Positions 1-11,015 of a DNA stretch of 64,000 nt are shown here, piece after piece. The notes under the pieces are model-generated. The model saw only the letters and a list, made by a program, of their open reading frames with translations. It had not been told where the DNA came from and made no database searches. Each line of letters starts with the position of its first letter. The stretch's first letter is position 1. The stretch is taken from positions 124,001 through 188,000 of the forward strand of contig JAYWIR010000100.1 in NCBI GenBank assembly GCA_036172245.1, given 5' to 3'. This stretch comes from Raillietiella orientalis (lineage: Eukaryota). Position numbers and translations under genes: made by a program.

Positions 1-554
1 TACCATGAAAACAACAAAGAGTAAAAAGTGCCACAGCCTAATGAAATTTCGAACTCTTCTTAATCATGCTCTCAAATCAGGAAATAGGAAGGCCTTGAGC
101 CTCTCCATGACGAGAATTTGTCACTGACTGCAAATAGATGCTTCCAGAGGAGGAGCAAAACAGCAATGGTGAAATCCCCTCCTTTCGAAATGATTACAAA
201 GCCTGAAAGGTTGCAAATTTCTACCACATCATGAATCAGAGCGAACGAAAAGATTCCTCTTCTAGGTACGACAGTGGTTACCGTGAAAACAACAGATAGA
301 CCAAAGTGCCACGCCCAAATCTAATCTCGAACACTTCATAATCATCCTCTGAAATCGGGAAATTGGAAGTCCTTGAGTCTCTTCATGACGGGAATTTGCA
401 ACTTACTGCAAATGGATGCTTAGTGAAAAGGCGCAATAGTGCAGCAGTAATATCCTCTGATTTCCAATTGATTACAAAGCCGGAAAGGTTGCAAATTTTT
501 ACCACATCATGAATGAGAGCGAAGGAAAAGATTCCTTTTCTAGGTACGACACTG

Positions 555-568
555 GTTACCATGAAAAC
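555..568. promoter_or_regulatory. Representative X-box-like (RFX/DAF-19 consensus) motif GTTACCATGAAAAC; this or a close variant sits at the same position in each monomer
   Basis: Matches the degenerate X-box consensus GTHNYY-AT-RRNAAC. Variants GTTACTATGAAAAC, CTTACCATGAAAAC and TTTACCATGAAGAC occur in other monomers. This is a motif match only; there is no functional evidence. Confidence 0.3.
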
Positions 569-3500
569 AACAAAGAGTAAAAAGTGCCACGGCCGAATGA
601 ACTCTCGAATTCTTCGTAATCATGCTCTGAAATCAGAAAATTGGAAGGCCTTGAGCCTCTCCATGACGCGAATTTGTCACTGACTGCAAATAGATGCTTC
701 CAGAGGAGGAGCAAAACAGCAATGGTGAAATCCCCTTATTTCCGATTGTTTACAAAACTTGAAAACTTGCAAATTTCTACCACATCATGACTCAGAGCGA
801 AGTACAAGATTGCTCTTCTAGGTAGTCTATGTTGTTTTTTTGGTAATCAGAGTCCAAAGTGCCATGCTGTCATGAAATTTCGAACTCTTCATATTCAGTC
901 TCTTAAATCAGGAAATTGGAATGCCTTGAGGCTTTCCATGACGGGAATTTGCCACTCACTGCAAATGGATGCTTAGTGAAAAGGCGCGAAACTGCAATAG
1001 AAAAATCCCCTGATTTCCAATTGATTACAAAGACCGAAAAGATGCAAATTTCTACCACATCATGAATCAGAGCGAAGGAAAAGATTCTTCTTCTAGATAC
1101 GACACTGCTTACCATGAAAACAACACAGATACCAAAGTGCCACGCCCTAACCTTATTTCGAACACTTCTTAGTCATCCTCTGAAATCAGGAAATTGGAAA
1201 GCCGTGAGCCTCTCCATGACGGGAATTTGGCACTTACTGCAAATGGATGCTTACTGAAAAGGCGCAATATTGCAACAGTAATATCCCCTGATTTCCAATT
1301 GATTACAAAGCCTGAAAGGATGCAAATTTCTGCCACATCATGAATGAGAGCGAAGTATCTGATTCCTCTTCTAGGTACGACACTGCTTACCATGAAATTA
1401 ACACAGTGACCAAAGTGCCACGCCCTAACCTAATTTCGAACCCTTCTTAGTCATCCTCTGAAATCAGTAGATTGGAAGGCCGTGAGCCTCTCCATGAAGG
1501 GAATTTGCCATTCACTGCAAATGTAAGCTTACTGAAAAGGCGCAAAAGTGCAATAGTAAAATCCCCTCATTTCCAATTGGTTACAAACCCTGAAAGGTTG
1601 CAAATTTTTACCACATACTGAATTAGAGCGAAGGAAAGAATTCCTCTTCTAGGTACGACACCGGTTACTATGAAAACAACAGATAGACTAAGGTGCCACG
1701 GCCTAATCTAATTTCGAACACTTCATAATCATCCTCTGAAATCGGGAAATTGGAAGGCCTTGAGTCTCTTCATGACGGGAATTTGCAACTTACTGCAAAT
1801 GGATGATTAGTGAAAAGGCGCAATAGTGCAACAGTAATATCCTCTGATTTCCAATTGATTACAAAGCCGGAAAGGTTGCAAATTTTTACCACATGATGAA
1901 TGAGAGCGTAGGAAAAGATTCCTTTTCTAGGTATGACACTGGTTACCATGAAAACAACAAAGAGTAAGAAGTGCCACGGCCTAATGAAATTTCCAACTCT
2001 TCGTAATCATCCTCTGAAATCAGGAAATTGGAAGTCCTTGAGCATCTCCATGACTGGAATTTGCCACTCACTGCAAATAGATGCTTCGTGAAGAGGCGCA
2101 AAACTGCAATGGAGAAATCCCCTGATTTCGAATTGATTACAAAGCCTGAAAGGTTGCAAATTTCTACCACATCATGAATCAGAGCGAAGGAAAAGATTCC
2201 TCTTCTAGGAAAGACAGTGGTTAACAGGGAAACAACACAGAGACCAAAGCACCACCCTCTAATCTAATTTGGAAGACTTCATAATCATCCTCTGAATTCG
2301 GGAAATTCGAAGGCCGTGAGCCTCTCCATGACGGGAATTTGCCACTCACTGGAAATAGATGATTCGTGAAGAGGTGCAAAACTGCAATGGAGGAATCCTC
2401 TAATTTCGAATTGATTACACAGACTGAAAGGTTGCAAATTTCTACCACATTATGAATCAGAGCGAACGAAAAGATTCCTCTTCTAGGTACGATAGTGGTT
2501 ACCATGAAAACAACACAGAGACCAAAGTGCCACGCCCTAACCTAGTTTCGAACTCTTCTTAGTCATCCTCTGAAATCAGGAAATAGGAAGGCCGTGAGCC
2601 TCTCCATGACGGGAATTTGCCACTCACTGCAAATGTATGCTTAATGAAAAGGTGCAAAAGTGCAATAGTAAAATCCACTCATTTCCAATTGGTTACAAAA
2701 CCTTAAAGTTTGCAAATTTTTACCACATACTGAATTAGAGCGAAGGAAAAAATTCCTCTTCTAGGTACGACACTGGTTACTATGAAAACAACAGATAGAC
2801 CAAAGTGCCACGCCCTAATCTAATTTCGAACTCTTCTTAATCATTCTCTGAAATCAGGAAATTGGATGCCCTAGAGGCTCTTAATGACTGCAATTTCCCA
2901 CTCAATGGAAATAGATGCTTCGCGAAGAGGTGCAAAACCGCAATGGAGAAATCCCTGGGTTTCGAATTGTTTACAAAGCTTGTAAGGTAGCAAACATCTA
3001 AGACATCATGGATAACAACGTTCGAAAAGATTCCTCTTCTAGGTACGACAGTGATTACCATGAAAACAACACAGACTCCAAAGTTCCACGTCCTAATGTA
3101 ATTTCGATATCTTCGTAATCATCCTCTGAAATCGGGAAATTGGTAGGCCTTGAGCCTCTCCATGACGGGAATTTCTTACTCACTGCAAATGTATGCTTAC
3201 TGAAAAGGCGCAAAAGTGCAATAGTAAAATCCCCTCATTTCCAATTGGTTACAAACCCTGAAAGGTTGCAAATTTTTACCACATACTGAATTAGAGCGAA
3301 AGAAAAAATTCCTCTTCTAGTTACGACACTGCTTACCATGAAAAAAACACAGAGACCAAAGTGCCACGCCCTAACCTAATTTCGAACACTCCATAATCAT
3401 GTTCTGAAATCAGGAAATTGGAAGGCCTTGAGCCTCTCCATGACGGGAATTTGCCACTCACTGGAAATAGATGCATCGTGAAGAGGTGGAAAACTGCAAT

Positions 3501-6500
3501 GGAGAAATCCTTTGATTTCGAATTGATTACAAAGCCTGAAAGGTTGCAAATTTCTACCACATCATGAATCAGAGCGAACAAAAAGATTCCTCTTCTTGGA
3601 AAAACAGTGGTTACTATGAAAACAACACAGAGACCAAAGCACCACCCTCTAATCTATTTTGGAACACTTCTTAATCATCCGCTGAAATCAGCAAATTGGA
3701 AGGGCTTGAGGCTTTCCATGGCGGAAATTTGCCACTCACTGCAATCGTATGCTTAGTGAAAAGACGCAGAAGTGCTATAGTAAAATCCCCTGATTTCCAA
3801 TTGGTTACAAACCCTGAAAGTTTGCAAATTTTTACCACATAGTGAATTGGAGCAAAGGAAAAAATTCCCATTCTAAATACGACACTGGTTACTATAAAAC
3901 AACAGATAGATTAAAGTGCCACGCCCTAATCTAATTTCGAACACTTCATAATGATTCTCTGAAATCGTGAAATTTGAAGGCCTCTAGTCTCTTCATGACG
4001 GGAATTTGCCACTTACTGCAAATGGATGCTTAGTGAAAAGGTGCAATAGTGCAACAGTAATATCCTGTCATTTCCAATTGATTACAAAGCCGGAAAGGTT
4101 GCAAATTTTTACGACATCACGAATCAGAGCGAAGTATAAGATTCCTCTTCTAGGTTCTCTGTTTTGTTTTTATGGTAATCAGAGTCCAAAGTACCATGCT
4201 CGCATTAAATTTGGAACTCTTTACAATCAGGCTCTTAAATCAGGATACTGGAAGGCCTTGAGGCTTTCCATGACGGGAATTTGCCACTCACTGCAAATGG
4301 ATGCTTAGTGAAAAGGCGCAAAAGTGCAATAGTAAAATCCCCTGATTTCCAATTGATTACAAAGCCGGAAAGGTTGCAAATTTTTACCAAATCATGAATC
4401 AGAGCGAAGGAAAAGATTCCTTTACTAGGTACGACACTGGTTACCATGAAAACAACACAGAGTACAAAGTGCCACCGCCTAATGAAATTTCGAACTCTTT
4501 TTAATCATGCCCTGAAATCGGGAAATTGGGTGGCCTTGAGCCTCTCCATGACGGAAATTTGGCACTTACTGGAAATGGATGCTTACTGAAAAGGCGCAAT
4601 ATTGCAACAGTAATATCCCCTAATTTCCAATTGATTACAATGCCTGAAAGGATGCAAATTTCTACCACATCATGAATCAGAGCGAAGTATAAGATTCCTC
4701 TTCTAGGTACGACTCTGCTTACCATGAAAACAACACAGAGACCAAAGTGCCACGGTCTAACGTAATTTCGAACTCTTGTTAGTCACCCTCTGAAATCTGG
4801 AAATTGGAAGTCCTTGAGCCTCTCCATGACGAGAATTTGCCACTCACTGGAAATAGATGCATCGTGAAGAGGTGCAAAACTGCAATGCAGAAATCCCCAG
4901 ATTTCGAATTGATTACAAAGCCTGAAAGGTTGCAAATTTCTACCAGATCATGAATCAGAGCGAAGGTAAAGATTCCTCTTCTAGGAAAGACAGTGCTTAC
5001 CATCAAAACAACACAGAGACCAAAGTACCACGCCCTAATCTAATTTCGAACACTTCTTAATCATCCTCTGAAATCGGGAAATTGGAAGGCCTTGAGTCTC
5101 TTCATGACGGGAATTTGCCACTTACTGCAAATGGATGCTTAGTGAAGAGGCGCAAAACTGCAATGGAGAAATCCCCTGATTTCGAATTGATGACAAAGCC
5201 TGAAGGGTTGCAAATTTCTACCAGATCATGAATCAGAGCGAAGGTAAAGATTCCTCTTCTAGGAAAGACAGTGCTTACCATCAAAACAACACAGAGACCA
5301 AAGCACCACCCGCTAATCTAATATCGAACACTTCAAAATCATCCTCTGAAATCGAGAAATTGGAAGGCCTTGAGTCTCTTTATGACGGGAATTCGCCACT
5401 TACTGCAAAAGTATGCTTAGTCAAAAGGCGCAAAAGTGCAACAGTATTATCCTCTGATTTCCAATTGATTACAAAGCCTGAAGGGATGCAAATTTCTACC
5501 ACCTCATGAATCAGAGCGAAGTATAAGAGTCCTCTTCTAGGTACGACACTGCTTACCATGAAAACAACACAGAGACCAAAGTGTCACGCCCTAATCTAAT
5601 TTCGAACTCTTCGTAATCATCCTCTGAAATTGAGAAATTGATAGGCCTTGAGTCTCTTCATGACGGGAATTTGCAACTTACTGCAAATGGATGCTTAGTG
5701 AAAAGGCGCAATAGTGCAACAGTAATATCCTCTGATTTCCAATTGATTACAAAGCCGGAAAGGTTGCAAATTTTTACCACATCATGAATGAGAGCGAAGG
5801 AAAAGATTACTTTTCTAGGTACGACACTGCTTACCATGAAATTAACACAGAGACCAAAGTGCCACGCCCTAACCTAATTTCGAACTCTTCGTAATCATGC
5901 TCTGAAATTGGGAAATTGGAAGGCCTTGAGTCTCTTCATGACGGGAATTTGCAACTTACTGCAAATGGATGCTTAGTGAAAAGGCGCAATAGTGCAACAG
6001 TAATATCCTCTGATTTCCAATTGATTACAAAGCCGGAAAGGTTGCAAATTTTTACCACATCATGAATGAGAGCGAAGGAAAAGATTCCTTTTCTAGGTAC
6101 GACACTGGTTACCATGAAAACAACAAAGAGTAAAAAGTGCCACGTCCTAATGAACTCTCGAACTCTTCTTAATCATGCTCTGAAATCAGAAAATTGGAAG
6201 GCCTTGAGCCTCTCCATGACGCGAATTTGTCACTGACTGCAAATAGATGCTTCGTGAGGAGGAGCAAAACAGCAATGGTGAAATCCCCTTATTTCCGATT
6301 GATTACAAAACTTGAAAACTTGCAAATTTCTACCACATCATGACTCAGAGCGAAGTACAAGATTGCTCTTCTAGGTAGTCTATGTTGTTTTTTTGGTAAT
6401 CAGAGTCCAAAGTGCCATGCTCTCATGAAATTTCGAACTCTTCATATTCAGTCTCTTAAATCAGGAAATTGGAATGCCTTGAGGCTTTCCATGACGGGAA

Positions 6501-7679
6501 TTTGCCACTCACTGCAAATGGATGCTTAGTGAAAAGGCGCGAAACTGCAATAGAAAAATCCCCTGATTTCCAATTGAATACAAAGACCGAAAAGATGCAA
6601 ATTTCTACCACATACTGAATTAGAGCGAAGGGAAAAATTCCTCTTCTAGGTACGACACTGGTTACTATGAAAACAACAGAGAGCCCAAAGTGCCACGCCC
6701 TAATCTAATTTCGAACACTTCTTAGTCATCCTCTGAAATCAGGAAATTGGAAAGCCGTGAGCCTCTCCATGAAGGGAATTTGCCACTCACTCCAAATGTA
6801 TGCTTACTGAAAAGGCGCAAAAGTGCAATAGTGAAATGTCCTCATTTCCAATTGGTTACAAACACTGAAAGGTTGCAAATTTTTACCACATACTGAATTA
6901 GAGCGAAAGAAAAAATTCCTCTTCTAGTTGCGACACTGCTTACCATGAAAACAACACAGAGACCAAAGTGCCACGCCCTAACCTAATTTCGAACACTCCA
7001 TAATCATGTTCTGAAATCAGGAAATTGGAAGGCCTTGAGCCTCTCCATGACGAGAATTTGCCACTCACTGGAAATAGATGATTCGGAAAGAGGTGCAAAA
7101 CTGCAATGGAGGAATCCCCTAATTTCGAATTGATTACACAGCCTGAAAGGTTTCAAATTTCTACCACATCATGAATCAGAGCGAAGGAAAAGATTCCTCT
7201 TCTAGGAACGACAGTGGTTACCATGAAAACAACACAGAGTACAAAGTGCCACGGCCTAATGAAATTTCGAACTCTTCATAATCATGCTCTCAAATCAGCA
7301 AATTGGAAGGCCGTGAGCCTCGCCATGACGGGAATTTGCCACTCACTGGAAAAACATGCTTCGCGATGAGGTGCAAAACTGCAATGGAGAAATCCCCGGG
7401 TTTCGAATTGATTACAAAACTTGAAAAGTTGCAAATTACTACCATATAATGAATCAGAACGAAGTATAAGATTCCTCTTCCAGATAGGACACTGTTTACC
7501 ATGAAAAGAACACAGAGACCAAAGTGCCACGCCCTAATCTAATTTCGAACTCTTCGTAATCATCCTCTGAAATCGGGAAATTGGAAGGCCTTGAGTCTCT
7601 TCATGACATGAATTTGCAACTTACTGCAAATAGATGCTTCGTGAAGAGGCGCAAAACTGCAATAGACAAATCACCTGAT

Positions 7680-10600
7680 TTCGAATTGATTACAAAGCCT
7701 GAAAGGTTGCAAATTTCTACCACATCATGAATGGGAGCGAACGAAAAGATTCCTCTTCTAGGAAAGACAGTGGTTACTATGAAAACAACACAGAGGCCAA
7801 AGCATCACCCCCTAATCTAATTTCGAACACTTCTTAATCATCCGCGGAAATCAGCAAAATGGAAGGCCTTGAGGCTTTCCATGACGGATATTTGGCACTC
7901 ACTGCAAACGTATGCCTAGTGAAAAGGCACAGAAGTGCTATAGTAAAATCCCCTGATTTTTAATTGGTTACAAACCCAGAAAGTTTGCAAATTTTTACCA
8001 CATACTGAATTAGAGCGAAGGAAAAAATTCCTCTTCTAGGTACGACACTGGTTTTTCTGAAAACAACAGATAGACCAAAGTGCCACGCCCTATTCTAATT
8101 TCGAACACTTGATAATCATCCTCTGAAATCGTGAAATTGGAAGGCTTTGAGTCTCTTCATGACGGGAATTTGCCACTTACTGCAAATGGATGCTTAGTCA
8201 AAAGGCGCAAAAGTGCAATAGTAAAATCCCCTGAATTCCAATTGATTACAAAGCCGGAAAGGTTGCAAATTTTAACCACATCATGAATCAGAGCTAAGGA
8301 AAAGATTTCTTTTCTAGGTGCTACACTGGTTACCATGAAAACAACAGATAGACCAAAGTGCCACGCCCTAATCTAATTTCGAACTCTTCTTAATCATCCT
8401 CTGAAATCAGGAAATTGGATGCCCTAGAGGCTCTTAATGACTGCAATTTGCGACTGAATGGAAATAGATGCTTCGCGAAGAGGTGCAAAACTGCAATGGA
8501 GAAATCCCCGGGTTTCGAATTGTTTACAAAGCCTGTAGGGTAGCAAATTTCTACCACATCATGGAAAACAACGAACGAAAAGATTCCTCTTCTATGTACG
8601 ACAGTGATTACCATGAAAACAACACAGACTCCAAAGTTCAAGGCCCTAATGATATTTCCGACTCTTCTTAATCATGCTCTGAAATCGGGAAATTGGTAGG
8701 CCTTGAGGCTCTCCATGACGGGAATTTGCACTCACTGCAAATGGATGCTTACTGAAAAGGCGCAATATTGCAATGGAGAAATCCCCTGATTTCGAATTGA
8801 TTACAAAGCCTGAACGGTTGCAAATTTCTACCACATCATGAATCAGAGCAAAGGAAAAGATTCCTCTTCTAGAAAAGACAGTGGTTACGATGAAAACAAC
8901 ACAGAGACCAAAGTGCCACGCCCTAACCTAGTTTCGAACTTTTCTTAGTCATCCTCTGAAATCAGGAAATAGGAAGGCCGTGAGCCTCTCCATGACGGGA
9001 ATTTGCCACTCACTGCAAATGTATTCTTAATGAACAGGCGCAAAAGTGCAATAGTAAAATCCACTCATTTCCAATTGGTTACAAAACCTTAAAGTTTGCA
9101 AATTTTTACCACATACTGAATTAGAGCGAAGGAAAAAATTCCTCTTCTAGGTACGACACTGGTTACTATGAAAACAACAGATAGACCAAAGTGCCACGCC
9201 CTAATCTAATTTCGAACTCTTCTTAATCATACTCTGAAATCAGGAAATTGGATGCCCTAGAGGTTCTTAATGACTGCAATTTGCCACTCAATGGAAATAG
9301 ATGCTTCGCGAAGAGGTGCAAAACTGCAATGGAGAAATCCCCGGGTTTCGAATTGATTACAAAGCCTGAAAGGTTGCAAATTTCTACCACATCATGAATG
9401 GGAGCGAACGAAAAGATTCCTCTTCTAGGAAAGACAGTGGTTACTATGAAAACAACACAGAGGCCAAAGCATCACCCCCTAATCTAATTTCGAACACTTC
9501 TTAATCATCCGCGGAAATCAGCAAAATGGAAGGCCTTGAGGCTTTCCATGACGGATATTTGGCACTCACTGCAAACCTATGCCTAGTGAAAAGGCACAGA
9601 AGTGCTATAGTAAAATCCCCTGATTTCCAATTGGTTACAAACCCAGAAAGTTTGCAAATTTTTACCACATACTGAATTAGAGCGAAGGAAAAAATTCCTC
9701 TTCTAGGTACGACACTGGTTTTTCTGAAAACAACAGATAGACCAAAGTGCCACGCCCTATTCTAATTTCGAACACTTGATAATCATCCTCTGAAATCGTG
9801 AAATTGGAAGGCCTTGAGTCTCTTCATGACGGGAATTTGCCACTTACTGCAAATGGATGCTTAGTCAAAAGGCGCAAAAGTGCAATAGTAAAATCCCCTG
9901 ATTTCCAATTGATTACAAAGCCGGAAAGGTTGCAAATTTTAACCACATCATGAATCAGAGCTAAGGAAAAGATTTCTTTTCTAGGTGCTACACTGGTTAC
10001 CATGAAAACAACAGATAGACCAAAGTGCCACGCACTAATCTAATTTCGAACTCTTCTTAATCATCCTCTGAAATCAGGAAATTGGATGCCCTAGAGGCTC
10101 TTAGTGACTGCAATTTGCGACTGAATGGAAATAGATGCTTCCCGAAGAGGTGCAAAACTGCGATGGAGAAATCCCCGGGTTTCGAATTCTTTACAAAGCC
10201 TGTAGGGTAGCAAATTTCTACCACATCATGGATAACAACGAACGAAAAGATTCCTCTTCTAGGTACGACAGTGATTACCATGAAAACAACACAGACTCCA
10301 AAGTTCCAGGCCCTAATGATATTTCCGACTCTTCTTAATCATGCTCTGAAATCGGGAAATTGGTAGGCCTTGAGCCTCTCCATGACGGGAATTTGCACTT
10401 ACTGCAAATGGATGCTTACTGAAAAGGCGCAATATTGCAATGGAGAAATCCCCTGATTTCGAATTGATTACAAAGCCTGAAAGGTTGCAAATTTCTACCA
10501 CATCATGAATCAGAGCAAAGGAAAAGATTCCTCTTCTAGAAAAGACAGTGGTTACGATGAAAACAATACAGAGACCAAAGTGCCACGCCCTAACCTAGTT

Positions 10601-11015
10601 TCGAACTTTTCTTAGTCATCCTCTGAAATCAGGAAATAGGAAGGCCGTGAGCCTCTCCATGACGGGAATTTGCCACTCACTGCAAATGTATGCTTAATGA
10701 AAAGGCGCAAAATTGCAATAGTAAAATCCACTCATTGAAAATTGGTTACAAAACTTTAAAGTTTGCAAATTTTTACCACATACTCAATTAGAGCGAAGGA
10801 AAAAATTCCTCTTCTAGGTACGACACTGGTTACTATGAAAACAACAGATAGACCAAAGTACCACGCCCTAATCTAATTACGAACTCTTCTTAATCATCCT
10901 GTGAAATCAGGAAATTGGATGCCCTCCAGGCTCTTAATGACTGCAATTTGCCACTCAATGGAAATAGATGCTCCGCGAAGAGGTGCAAAACTGCAATGGA
11001 GAAATCCCCGGGTTT
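7680..11015. repeat. Two tandem copies of a 6-monomer higher-order repeat (1667 bp)
   Basis: ORF pairs 8390/10057, 8468/10135 and 8646/10313 are all 1667 apart. The diagnostic 'agcatcacccccta...tccgcggaaatcagc' occurs at 7801 and 9468. Ends are approximate. Confidence 0.9.

Noticed and set aside
826..855. Recombinase-driven invertible switch (phase variation) at the inverted cassette
   Set aside because: No recombinase gene or perfect inverted sites are present. All inverted copies share a linked flanking haplotype, which favours one historical inversion followed by amplification.
1424..1433. Telomere-like CCCTAA/CCTAA words (cgccctaacctaa)
   Set aside because: Only one or two units per monomer and variable (ccctaatctaa, gcctaatgaaa). 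This is not a telomeric tract.
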